The translations under genes were made by a program, and so were the position numbers. A stretch of DNA of 63,879 nt. Origin: a virus (Duplodnaviria > Caudoviricetes). The DNA is taken from positions 1 to 63,879 of IMG/VR virus record IMGVR_UViG_3300037088_000377. One strand, written 5' to 3'. Positions 53,978 to 63,460 of this stretch are shown one piece after another (within the stretch, counting starts at the first letter, position 1; each line of letters starts with the position of its first letter). The notes below the pieces were generated by a model, which saw nothing but the letters and a program-made list of their open reading frames with translations, was not told the origin of the DNA and ran no database searches.

Positions 53978-55201
53978 CTACCAACCGGCTTGGTTCCTTA
54001 GGGATGACAGGCGGACATGAGCTTCCCCCTCACTGACTGGAATTTCAGCTTTTTCAACAGGCTTAGGTTCAGCATTTTGGTCTCTGTTCGTTGTAAAGCC
54101 CGCCCCCGTCGCCTTCTTCCCCTCGGATACTTGGTTCTTGACCTTATCAGGGGCTTTTGGCTTGGCGTCTTCGTCCCTGTCGTCAGTGAATCCCTCTCCT
54201 GCAGCTGCCTTGGCAAGCTCCTCGTCCTGTCTTAGGTCCGCTTCGGTGCCTTCGGCCCCCTCTGCTTCTTCTGTTGCCTGCTCAGCATCGGACTCCAGCC
54301 GTTCACCCTTTGCTTCCAACGGGTTATCAGCAGGCTCCTCGGGCAGTCCTTCCGGTCTGCCTATGGGCATCTCACCGTGCAACCCCTCGTCCCCATCTCC
54401 TCCGCCCAGGTTGGCATCTAACATCTCCTCCTCGGGTCCTGGAAGTTCAATTCCTAAGTTAGTAGCAAAGTTCTCGATTCCGCTCACGATTTCGTCAAGG
54501 GAACGGTAAAGCTCGATGACGGAGTCGGCAAGCTGTTCCGGGCTTGCCTCAGCAATGCGGCGGAACTCGACGGCATACTTCTTCCGAGCGGCCACACGAG
54601 CCCTGAGCGAGGCGGCTCGGGGCGGCTCATTGAGGTCTAGGTTCTCCTTAAGAGCGGCAAACGAAGTTGCCATGATGCCTGCAGAGTGTGCAAGCTCCCC
54701 GAGGGCTTCCCCCACTTTTCCCGGTGCCTTCTTGGCTACCTCACGCAAGCGACCATACTGGCTCGCCTTCTTGCTCTCGACCAATACCGCAAGCTTCTCA
54801 CGCAGTGCTTCCCTTGCTGATTTCTTTTCGTTTGCCATATGCCCCTCTCCTACTATGGGTTTGGTAGTCTTTGATGCAGAACCTACAAATCCTGTAGCCT
54901 TTCCGATGTATCCTCCGCTGTCGGTGTCTCCCGTCCAGCCACTCCGCCAAGATGCCATGTTTATTCGGGTCTTAAGTTCGGCGTTGGGCAGTTCCTTGAG
55001 GTTAGTCGTTTGGGGGTTGCCCGGAGGTTTTTGGGTGCTCTTCTCTTCCGAGCCATTTCCCGTGTCGTCAGGAGGACCTCCCAGCAAATTCTGGGCTGCC
55101 CCCAAGGGGTCTGCCCCGAATGCTGCCGTGTCCTGCGGGTCAACCCCTGGTCGGGTCAGAGGAACCGGTGCGGCATATTTTTTGAGAAATGTGGACAGCA
55201 T
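53978..55201 (-). CDS. Acidic helical putative scaffold or head protein
   Basis: Coiled-coil core, acidic tail, duplicated GFT..RD..A.PK, and KYAA/KKAS/KKAT motifs. Confidence 0.55.
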   Translation of the reverse strand: MLSTFLKKYAAPVPLTRPGVDPQDTAAFGADPLGAAQNLLGGPPDDTGNGSEEKSTQKPPGNPQTTNLKELPNAELKTRINMASWRSGWTGDTDSGGYIGKATGFVGSASKTTKPIVGEGHMANEKKSAREALREKLAVLVESKKASQYGRLREVAKKAPGKVGEALGELAHSAGIMATSFAALKENLDLNEPPRAASLRARVAARKKYAVEFRRIAEASPEQLADSVIELYRSLDEIVSGIENFATNLGIELPGPEEEMLDANLGGGDGDEGLHGEMPIGRPEGLPEEPADNPLEAKGERLESDAEQATEEAEGAEGTEADLRQDEELAKAAAGEGFTDDRDEDAKPKAPDKVKNQVSEGKKATGAGFTTNRDQNAEPKPVEKAEIPVSEGEAHVRLSSLRNQAGW

Positions 55202-56574
55202 TATAGAACTCCATCATGCGAGGGATTATTACTCACATGGTCCCTCATGCACCCCGAGCAGAAAAACTCTTGGCAGCCCTTGCAACGCTTGGGCTCCTTG
55301 CCGCTGCCGCAGTTCCTGCACTTGGGTGGCTCCCACTGCTTCTTCTGAGCGGACACGTGACTCTCGGGCGGAGAGTCTTTCAGAGCTGCCTCCTCGGTGG
55401 ACGGGATAGGCTCCGGGGCGGGTACCTCCTCCTTCTTCTGCTTGTGCCGGTTCTCCATACCCCGCTGGGACTCCTCAAGCCTCTTTTTCCGTCTTTCCTG
55501 TCCCTGTCGGTTGAGGAGTCGGATGAGGTCAGGAAGGGCATGCTCCTGTCCATGAAAGTGTGTCCTGACGTAGATTTCCACGACTTCAGGAAGACTTTGG
55601 AAGAGCTTCTCAAACCTATCGTGGTTCAAGCGGTTGCGGCTAGGCTCGTTTCGGTCTTGTAGCTTCTTCCACTCTTCCTCTATGTCTCTCAGCTTGAGCA
55701 TCTTGCCCTCGACCTCGGTCTGGTCGTACAGCAGGGTGAGAAGGCGCATGGACTGGCGGACGGCGGGCAGGCGGTACTTCTTGAGGAGCCAGTCCTTGAA
55801 CCCCTCGGCGAAGTGCCCCTTCGTGACCTTGTTCCATCTCCCACGATAGTCGCCAAGCTCGGCGTTATTCTCTGCCCGGTTGAGGTCCCGTGTATAGTTG
55901 GGGGACTGCATGATGTCGAGGAGACCTGGTTCACCCTCCTCCTCCGGGGTCATGGACAGGAGGCTGTCGCCAGTGACGTTCTCGGACACGTCCTGTCCTT
56001 GGATGACCTCCCTGGCATATTTCTGGGCCTCTCCGACCCTGTCGATAAAGTTGGACTTCAACACCTTTGTGATTTGCTTTTCAAGGGGGAGACCAGCGAA
56101 GTCGGGTTGCTTCGGGGATTTGGTAAAGTTCTCTATAATGTGGGGAAGCTGCTGGTCGAGGATGTGCCGCTGGAACATCAGGTAGATGACATGATGGATG
56201 GTCTCGTCTATGTCCTCTTCGTCGATAATCCCCACCTTTTTAAGGCTCTTGGCGAATATTTCATAGAGGTAATTGTCCCACTGCATCGACTGGTCAACAG
56301 GAAGCCCAGCATCCCGGATTCCGTCCTTCACGTAGGCATCGACCTGCTTGTTGTAGGCGAGCTTCAGAAGGGTTGCGATGCGGGCTATGCGCATAGGAAC
56401 GGGGTCGAAGTCGGAAGGGGTGAGGACGGGCTTCCCCATGAGGTCGGCAAGCTTGCACACGACGCCGTCCTTGGTGCTTATGCGGGAGAGGACGAGCCGA
56501 GGCTGGCCATCGGTCGAGCCGACGATACATCCCGGCACGAGGAGGCGGCTTGCCGCCAGCTTGCTGATAACCAT
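55201..56574 (-). CDS. Hypothetical protein with K-x-A sites and a weakly sigma-like core
   Basis: SKLAA, RIARIA and LKLAY, then EEDIDETIHHV...SLLSM..EEEGEPGLLDI; C-terminal CRNC..CKGC..CSGC..H finger. Confidence 0.55.
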   Translation of the reverse strand: MVISKLAASRLLVPGCIVGSTDGQPRLVLSRISTKDGVVCKLADLMGKPVLTPSDFDPVPMRIARIATLLKLAYNKQVDAYVKDGIRDAGLPVDQSMQWDNYLYEIFAKSLKKVGIIDEEDIDETIHHVIYLMFQRHILDQQLPHIIENFTKSPKQPDFAGLPLEKQITKVLKSNFIDRVGEAQKYAREVIQGQDVSENVTGDSLLSMTPEEEGEPGLLDIMQSPNYTRDLNRAENNAELGDYRGRWNKVTKGHFAEGFKDWLLKKYRLPAVRQSMRLLTLLYDQTEVEGKMLKLRDIEEEWKKLQDRNEPSRNRLNHDRFEKLFQSLPEVVEIYVRTHFHGQEHALPDLIRLLNRQGQERRKKRLEESQRGMENRHKQKKEEVPAPEPIPSTEEAALKDSPPESHVSAQKKQWEPPKCRNCGSGKEPKRCKGCQEFFCSGCMRDHVSNNPSHDGVL

Positions 56575-56587
56575 GGTTTCTCCACGA

Positions 56588-56821
56588 CTAATCCACTAAA
56601 ACTGAATTTGGGTCGTTACCCTCGACGTTTTTGTCGCTCTTCAACGCCGATTTGATGTTATCCAAGTATTCTGCGTGGTCTGCAAAGGCTTGGTCCCCGT
56701 GGGGAGCACCCTTCTCATCGGTGAGTGCATCGGCGGCGACCTTCATGCCGACCTTGGCTAGCTCCGCCCCATAAAGGGCATTCATAACCTGAGCGTCAAC
56801 TGCTGCGAGTTTCTTTCCCAT
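56588..56821 (-). CDS. Small putative head protein
   Basis: AAGGAG RBS, late-like promoter, KKLAA and MKVAA motifs. Confidence 0.6.
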   Translation of the reverse strand: MGKKLAAVDAQVMNALYGAELAKVGMKVAADALTDEKGAPHGDQAFADHAEYLDNIKSALKSDKNVEGNDPNSVLVD

Positions 56822-56888
56822 ATCTGTCTCCTTGGGGGCAGTGTGCCCTATTAAAGGGATAGCATAGCTGGATTTTGGCTCCGCCCCC

Positions 56889-58532
56889 TTAGGTTATTGT
56901 TATCAGGACGTTCTCCGTAGCCACGGCATTGCCCAAGCTGTCGAACCCCGTGCAGGCAAGAACGGTGGACGTGGGAAACCCGCTCGTGAAGTCATATATG
57001 CCCGAGCCTTCTGTGGCGATGAGCACGCTGAAGAGTGGGATAGAGCCAACCTCATATATCTCCACCGCCGCCACATTATTGCTGGTCCACAGGATGTATA
57101 CCGGCATCCCTGCGGTAGTGGTGGTGGGAACCGCCGTGAAACTCGCCCATGATAGCAGGTTCGTGTCTCCTTGGCTATTGTAGCTGGCCAGTATGGCGAA
57201 TCCGGGCATGTCCAACAAAGTATTGCCCCTCGGGGTGAGGACAAGCTGGACAAGCGACTGCTGGACCGACTGGAAGTTAGAGTCCCCGCCGTAGGTTGCT
57301 GTTATGCTGTGGCTTCCGGCAACGAGGGTACTTATGGAACCATATGATACCGTGGGTATTCCTCCAATTGGGCTAAGCGTGAGGAGTTGGTCGGAAAAGC
57401 CTCCCAGGCTGTCATGGAGGAGGACGGTTCCCGTGGGCGTGCCATGCGTGCTCTGGACTGTCACCGTGAACGTCACGCCGTCCCCGACAAACGATGGGTT
57501 CTCGCTGCTGGCGGCGGCAATTGCCGGGGCGTACAGGTCGATAACATGCTCCACCGTATCCCCAGAGCTTGGGGAGTAGTTTACATCCCCGCTGTAGTTG
57601 GCAGTGATGGTGTGGTCTCCGGCAGTCAGGGCACTTGTCACATAGGTCAGACTGCCGCTGACTGGAAGGGTTTGGGGAGAGAAGTCCACATGGCTGTCTG
57701 TAAGGACAACATTGCCTGTGATGCTTGGGGGGGAAGGCGAGGTCATGACAACCGTGGTATAGACTGGACCAGGGGCAACATACCCGTTTGATGTCGTCAC
57801 AACGCTGTTAGGAAGGGGGTTGGCGTTACCCTCGAATGAGATGGCATAATGGTTCCCCGCCACTGTGCCCCCGGTAAAGCTGTTCGTGACGCTGTAGGGC
57901 GGGTCGGGAGAAACCCCCCCAAATCCCGTATTGTCATTGACTTGGAACATGCCTATAAGGATTGCCTGCCCGGCTATATTGATGACATTGGTGGTAAAGG
58001 ATGGAAAGCTCACGGGACATAGTCCAGTGGCTATAGTCAAGACGGGCTGACCAGCAAGCTCGTACAGAGCGAAGTTCTGCCCCCCTCCGGGATGGTCGAT
58101 GGAGAAGGTCCACGAGGTTCCGTCCCCTGGCTGAACCACCCTTGACCATACCCCTATGCATTGGTAAGAAGGGGCACCGCTGGCCCAATCATCGGAATAG
58201 GAGTAGTAGGAAAGCGGGGCGAATCCGGGAAGTGAGAAATCATTTGGGTATAACCGACCATGCGGGGGGTCACCGGGATTATATGGAACATTGTCGCTCT
58301 TCTTGAACCCGGAATGGATGACCAAGAGGGTATCCCCAAGCGTGGGGGGGTTGACTAGGGTTAGAATATCGGATGAGTTGTTATCCCCGTCCCGGACATA
58401 GACCTGCTGGACAATGGACAACGGGGTGCCGCCATATGGCGTGACAGACGCCGTGAAGGTGACGGCATTGCCTGTACGAACGGGGTTAGGAGCGCCCGAT
58501 ACGGAAGTGACGGAAGTGACGGTGAAATACAC
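56889..58532 (-). CDS. Ig-like repeat (Big_3-type) virion protein
   Basis: NP...G..VTFT..V....GTPTG.V...D...L.AG.H.ITA.Y.GD.N repeats. The first Ig domain appears split by an inserted domain of about 240 aa. Confidence 0.8.
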   Translation of the reverse strand: MYFTVTSVTSVSGAPNPVRTGNAVTFTASVTPYGGTPLSIVQQVYVRDGDNNSSDILTLVNPPTLGDTLLVIHSGFKKSDNVPYNPGDPPHGRLYPNDFSLPGFAPLSYYSYSDDWASGAPSYQCIGVWSRVVQPGDGTSWTFSIDHPGGGQNFALYELAGQPVLTIATGLCPVSFPSFTTNVINIAGQAILIGMFQVNDNTGFGGVSPDPPYSVTNSFTGGTVAGNHYAISFEGNANPLPNSVVTTSNGYVAPGPVYTTVVMTSPSPPSITGNVVLTDSHVDFSPQTLPVSGSLTYVTSALTAGDHTITANYSGDVNYSPSSGDTVEHVIDLYAPAIAAASSENPSFVGDGVTFTVTVQSTHGTPTGTVLLHDSLGGFSDQLLTLSPIGGIPTVSYGSISTLVAGSHSITATYGGDSNFQSVQQSLVQLVLTPRGNTLLDMPGFAILASYNSQGDTNLLSWASFTAVPTTTTAGMPVYILWTSNNVAAVEIYEVGSIPLFSVLIATEGSGIYDFTSGFPTSTVLACTGFDSLGNAVATENVLITIT

Positions 58533-58547
58533 TGGATGCTTCCTCCA

Positions 58548-59522
58548 TTAGTCTATAGCCCACTTGAATGCCGTGCAGATGGCGGCGTAGGACTGGCCAT
58601 CCGTACCGCTCCATAGGGCGGATATGCTATCGGCAGAGGTCTGCAGCTTGTACTCAAAGATGCCGCTTAGTCCAATGGCAGTAAAGCCTCCAGACGATGT
58701 GACCGTCCCTTCCGGTCCGATAAAGCCGATGACCAGCTCGCCATCCTGTATGGTCGTAATCAAGGGAGTGGTGAAATTATCCACCCCGCCTGAAGTGCTT
58801 ATCTGTTGTGAGCACCCAGCGTAACCAAGCGGTGATGCGTCGTTAAGACCAATGAAATGATACCCCGAAAGACAAAATTCCACAGCAAATGCAGTTATAC
58901 CCCCTCCTCCCAACCAAAGAGGGGTTGAGACAGAGATGGTGTTCCCTCCCTGATTAGTGGAGTTCAAAGCATAGAGCAGTTGAATGTTGTCATATGCTAC
59001 AATTGGTTGATAGTACTGTGAGCCCGGACCAGCATCCAAATAGTTATTTTCCGCTGTATCTACAATAACAGCAGAAGAAAACTGCTTATTCCCACGCAGT
59101 ACTCCCACCACAATTATACTACCTGGGGTTAGGGGGTTGGAAAATGCCGGAACTATGCAACTGTCCCCTGATATGTAGGGTGCAAACTGATAGTTTGACT
59201 GACTTAAAACCACGGGAGGCACGGGAGGCACGGGAGGCACGCCACATTGGAATGGGGGATCGGGCATGTGGTGGATGACCTGCACCACGCCTTGTAGGTT
59301 GAACTGCTTGTCTGCGAACAAAAGGTAGCGATTATTGACAGAGTCAAAAGAGACATTCTGAATAATCAAAGGAAGTCCATCTACATACACCTCAAGGTGC
59401 TCAGGATTGGTCGGGTCAAACTCCACGGGCGGACTGCTGGGCTGGATAAGCGGACCAATCCAATCACCCAGCACAAGCTGGATACGGTTAGGGTACGGCG
59501 CATTGGTCTGGGCTACGAGCAC
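58548..59522 (-). CDS. Putative virion structural protein
   Basis: N-terminal domain, (VPP)3 linker encoded by (CACGGGAGG)3, and a beta-rich C-terminal domain. Confidence 0.6.
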   Translation of the reverse strand: MLVAQTNAPYPNRIQLVLGDWIGPLIQPSSPPVEFDPTNPEHLEVYVDGLPLIIQNVSFDSVNNRYLLFADKQFNLQGVVQVIHHMPDPPFQCGVPPVPPVPPVVLSQSNYQFAPYISGDSCIVPAFSNPLTPGSIIVVGVLRGNKQFSSAVIVDTAENNYLDAGPGSQYYQPIVAYDNIQLLYALNSTNQGGNTISVSTPLWLGGGGITAFAVEFCLSGYHFIGLNDASPLGYAGCSQQISTSGGVDNFTTPLITTIQDGELVIGFIGPEGTVTSSGGFTAIGLSGIFEYKLQTSADSISALWSGTDGQSYAAICTAFKWAID

Positions 59523-62320
59523 TATTTTATCCGCATCCCCTTCATGAGTTCTTGGTCAGCGTAGCTGAGTTCCGGCTCCCACGAGGTGTTCTCCGGGGTA
59601 GCCTTGACAATGGCGAGGTTCAGGAAATTACCGTTGACGATGCCAGCCTCGGGATGCTGACGGACCCAATCGCTGCACTCCTGATAAGTCATGGGGTCGG
59701 TAAGAATCCGTCCGCCGCTCCCGCCCTCCTCCACGACGAACTTCATGTCGTCCGTGGGGACTATCCATTTCTCTCCATCCCAAGCCTTCTCTGGACCAAA
59801 ACGCTTTCGTGGCGGGGCTATGTCGCCCCAGTTGAGACCTGTCGCCGTGATGGAACCCAGTAGCTCCTTCTCCAGGCTCGTGCGCTTGCGCCTGCGGTGG
59901 AGGTTCTCTATCTGGTCCTCGGTGAGCCAGACCCACTTCTTCCCGTTCCACACCTGCTTGGGGGCGTGCTTCTGCTCCTTCTGCTGGAGCTTCACCTCCT
60001 CTTGGTGGATGAGGTCCTCCATGCTCGGCTGCTGGTAGGGGGCCGGTGAGGGCGCTGGGGTCTGCGGCTCCGTGGCCTTCTCGTCCCGCTTGACCACCTT
60101 CATCTTCGGCGGTTCCGGGGCTGGCGTCAATTCCGGGGGCTTGGACATGGGAGGGGCGGCCAAGGGCGGCAAGGCAGGTGCCTCTCTGGGCTTCCCCGGC
60201 TCACCCTCTTCTTCCTTTAGAAGCTCATCAATCATCTGCTTCTGTTTGTCCGGGTCTTTTATCTTGACAATCTTCTCGATTTCCTTCTTTTTGCGCATTT
60301 CCTCCTGCCGCTCCCGGAGCTTCTTCTCCTTCCCGGTCGGCGGTGCCTCCTCAAGGCGCTTCTTGTTCAGTTCCACCTCACGCTTGCGGACGATGTTCTG
60401 AATGTTGTTCTGCACGGCTGGAAGGATGCGCTCGAAGACAGCCTTGCAGTTGTGTACAACGATGCGGTTGGCTATAAAGGACTCATCCTCGTCCACCGAT
60501 ATGTCGTGGAAATAGGAAGGGGCTGGGACATGCTCTATCTCATGTAGGCAACGGAGGAATCCGTCGTCCCAATAATCGGTTTCTTGAACACATTCTCCCA
60601 CCAATTCTACTATCGCCAACACATGTGGGCGCAATCTATCTCGCATTTTATCAAGTACTTGGGGGTACCTGCGGAAATCCCAATAGAGCCTGTGGTAACG
60701 GTTTTTCTTCCTCTTTTCAGTAATTTTCTTCCCTTGCCAATCTTGGTAGAGATGTGCGTTCCAAACCCCAAGGCTGAACAGGATGGTTGAAATCTGTGAT
60801 ATCAGAGAACGGGAAATGGAGAATACATACTGCTGCCCACTTTCCTCAAGATGCCCGTCTCCCAGAGCATAGGAAGATACTACCTCCTTTATTGCATCAA
60901 GATTCCATGACCATGCTTCGGACGACAACTCCTTGGTTTTGGAGCCCTGCCCGCCAAGGCGAAGCATGTCTACTGCGAATTGAGGGTAATTTATACTTAC
61001 GTTCAACCATTTTCTCTTGCCAAAAAATTGAGGTTTCACCGAAATATCGGTAGTGTCTCCAAGAAGAATCTTGGCTTTTGCCACGATATCGGAAGCCAGT
61101 GTATCTTGCTCATCCAGATTGAGGGTAAACTGGACTCCATAAAGATTGTAATCGTTTCCATTTAGCTTACATACGATGCCTCTTTTATTCTTCCACTGAT
61201 ACTTCTTACCGGTTTTGCACTTAATGAGGCTGCCTTCTGCGAGATAATATCCCAGCAATGAGGCAAGATTAAGGTTAACGGGAGTATTTCCTTGCCATTC
61301 AATCTTTGGAAAATACAAAAATTCCCTTGGAGACAATTCCTTGGAATCCAACCACCTAAGCCTTCCGTTTGAGCAATCTTCAACATCTGGGTCATCGAGG
61401 CGTTCAATTCGATTGCGAATCCTGGAAATGGTCGCTTGACCTACCCCAAATCTTACCGCTAACACATCTTGATTTTCAGTGCTTGAATGTATTTCCAGCA
61501 TATCAGCAGCAGAAAGCTTAAACGGTGGATGCCCGTTGCCGCTGTGTCCTTGCAGGTACTTACGTTCCCATTCTACCCTCTTGTAATTGTAAGGAAGCTT
61601 ACCCTTGCAACCACAAAAACATATTTCGTTTCCTCTGACGGCAGCCAGCAGGTGGTCTTCCGATGCTACCAGCGGCTCAAAGCATCCCTTGGCGTGTATA
61701 CTGACGGCCACTTCATCTTGTTTGGTAGGTCGGCTTGAGACCGCGATGACCTGTCGTGCTCTTCCTTTATGGGTAATAACCCAATCTCCGACTTGCACAT
61801 CTTCAATATTTTTTTCTGTGCCATCTGCCATCAAAACCTTAGAGCCGGGACTGAGGCAATGTTTGCATATTACAAAATTGCCACGGAGGTCAAGCCTCTC
61901 GGTTGGGGCTTGCAGGAGGGGTCGAGCCTCGCCGTGGAGGCCATCCCTCTGGTGGAGGTTCCATTGCGCACCCCAATAAAGAAAAGCAGGACAGCTACAG
62001 TTGCAGCGGACATCCAAGGTCTTGGCGTCCTGCGTCTTCTCTACCTGCGACAGGTCGAACTGGACCTGCACATCGTGCCCGCTGGGGTCCGAGTAGTTCT
62101 CGTGACAGACCACCTTGTATTCAAGGAAAAGCTCTTTGGGTCTTGATTTCGTTAGGGTTGGCTCGCACCCAGCCCGACGCTTCACGCTGAACGCATTTGT
62201 TTGTCTAATTATTTCCGGCAGGCTGATGGCCACCTTGGTGTAGGGCGGGCGGAGCTTGATTACAGGTATGGTCACCCAGAGCTTGTTAGCCAGGTGGGAT
62301 GGTAGAGCAGCGAAAGCCAT
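59522..62320 (-). CDS. SWIM-type Zn-finger protein interrupted by an intein
   Basis: CNCSCPAFLYWG...VICKH|intein|CKAV; charged, Pro-rich C-terminus. Confidence 0.75.
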   Translation of the reverse strand: MAFAALPSHLANKLWVTIPVIKLRPPYTKVAISLPEIIRQTNAFSVKRRAGCEPTLTKSRPKELFLEYKVVCHENYSDPSGHDVQVQFDLSQVEKTQDAKTLDVRCNCSCPAFLYWGAQWNLHQRDGLHGEARPLLQAPTERLDLRGNFVICKHCLSPGSKVLMADGTEKNIEDVQVGDWVITHKGRARQVIAVSSRPTKQDEVAVSIHAKGCFEPLVASEDHLLAAVRGNEICFCGCKGKLPYNYKRVEWERKYLQGHSGNGHPPFKLSAADMLEIHSSTENQDVLAVRFGVGQATISRIRNRIERLDDPDVEDCSNGRLRWLDSKELSPREFLYFPKIEWQGNTPVNLNLASLLGYYLAEGSLIKCKTGKKYQWKNKRGIVCKLNGNDYNLYGVQFTLNLDEQDTLASDIVAKAKILLGDTTDISVKPQFFGKRKWLNVSINYPQFAVDMLRLGGQGSKTKELSSEAWSWNLDAIKEVVSSYALGDGHLEESGQQYVFSISRSLISQISTILFSLGVWNAHLYQDWQGKKITEKRKKNRYHRLYWDFRRYPQVLDKMRDRLRPHVLAIVELVGECVQETDYWDDGFLRCLHEIEHVPAPSYFHDISVDEDESFIANRIVVHNCKAVFERILPAVQNNIQNIVRKREVELNKKRLEEAPPTGKEKKLRERQEEMRKKKEIEKIVKIKDPDKQKQMIDELLKEEEGEPGKPREAPALPPLAAPPMSKPPELTPAPEPPKMKVVKRDEKATEPQTPAPSPAPYQQPSMEDLIHQEEVKLQQKEQKHAPKQVWNGKKWVWLTEDQIENLHRRRKRTSLEKELLGSITATGLNWGDIAPPRKRFGPEKAWDGEKWIVPTDDMKFVVEEGGSGGRILTDPMTYQECSDWVRQHPEAGIVNGNFLNLAIVKATPENTSWEPELSYADQELMKGMRIK
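60449..61858 (-). mobile_element. Class 1 intein with LAGLIDADG and extra HTH/Cys inserts (470 aa)
   Basis: CLSPGSKVLMADG start, SEDH, HDISV, VVHN/C; LLGYYLAEG and SSYALGDG. Confidence 0.9.
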
Positions 62321-62391
62321 AATCCCCTCATTAAGGAGCCATGTAGATAAAATCTTCTATATAACAATCTCTTTTATTAGGAGAATGCTAT

Positions 62392-62862
62392 ATGAAGCCG
62401 GGAATTGTAAAATGCCCAAAATGTGGAGAGATGGACAACTCAAAATTTGCAAAATGTGCTGCTCGAAAAACAGGGTTGCAAGCTTATTGTAAATCGTGCC
62501 TCAACAGGATGATAGACACAACACGAAAAGGGGTTCCTCCAGAATTAAGAATACCTTGGAACTGGAGATGTAGATATCATCTTACAGCAGAGAGGTACAA
62601 TGAACTTCTTACTAAGCAGGGCGGCGTATGCGGAATATGCAAACAACCGGAGAGTACAATTATGTACGGAAAGGCGATTAGACTTGCTGTTGACCACGAC
62701 CATTCCTGTTGTCCAGAAAAAAAGTCATGTGGAAAATGTATACGTGGGCTGCTTTGCAGTCGTTGTAACAAAATATTGGCTTACTGGAAAGACAGCGTTC
62801 AACTACTTCAACAGGCTGTTTGTTATCTGGAAACTCCATTAAGTGTCAATGCGGTTTCGTAG
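62392..62862 (+). CDS. Endonuclease VII-like endonuclease
   Basis: QGGVCGIC...LAVDHDH...IRGLLCSRCN. Confidence 0.88.
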   Translation: MKPGIVKCPKCGEMDNSKFAKCAARKTGLQAYCKSCLNRMIDTTRKGVPPELRIPWNWRCRYHLTAERYNELLTKQGGVCGICKQPESTIMYGKAIRLAVDHDHSCCPEKKSCGKCIRGLLCSRCNKILAYWKDSVQLLQQAVCYLETPLSVNAVS

Positions 62863-63378
62863 GGGTTCATCCTCAGGCTCATCCAGACCGATAACTTGCG
62901 AGGGTGAAAGGGGCGGGACCGGGGGGTGGACGGCGAAGTCTATCTCCGCCGCAGGCTTGGACTTGCGCCTCTTCTCGGGCTTGGGCGGCTGGCCCATAAG
63001 CTCGTCGTGCTGCTTGGCGAGGGCGTTCATGTCCGCCTGTGTGGCCGGGGTGTTTTCAAGGTCATTGACAAGCAAGGTTTTGACATAGGCATCGGCTAGG
63101 ACCTCCGGGGTGATGGCCTCGGTGTCGGCAGGCTTGGGGGCAATCTGAATCGTTGTTGGCTTCTTGGCGGGCTGCCGCTTGACCTCAGTAATGAACCTGC
63201 TCTTCAGGAATGCTTCAATGACGAGAGAATCGACCGCGAGAACCTTGTCAAGATGGCCATTGCGGTACACGGCCAAGGAGTTCCCATGCTGGGCACCATG
63301 GGTAAGCAGGTCCCCCGGACGCACGTAAAATCCTGACCCCTCAAAGCTGATAGTCGTAGCAGCGATATAATTTTTCAT
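62839..63378 (-). CDS. Hypothetical late protein
   Basis: GGAGG RBS and late-type promoter. Confidence 0.65.
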   Translation of the reverse strand: MKNYIAATTISFEGSGFYVRPGDLLTHGAQHGNSLAVYRNGHLDKVLAVDSLVIEAFLKSRFITEVKRQPAKKPTTIQIAPKPADTEAITPEVLADAYVKTLLVNDLENTPATQADMNALAKQHDELMGQPPKPEKRRKSKPAAEIDFAVHPPVPPLSPSQVIGLDEPEDEPLRNRIDT

Positions 63379-63460
63379 ACGCCTCCCAACAAAGGGCGGA
63401 ATAGTGCGGCTTTTCCCATATACTGGGATAATACTAGATTTTGGGGGGATAAAAAGAAAC

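Noticed and set aside
59210-59240. (CACGGGAGG)3 tandem repeat as a phase-variable or DGR-type site
   Set aside because: It is an in-frame 9-mer encoding a VPP linker. No reverse transcriptase or template repeat is present in the window.
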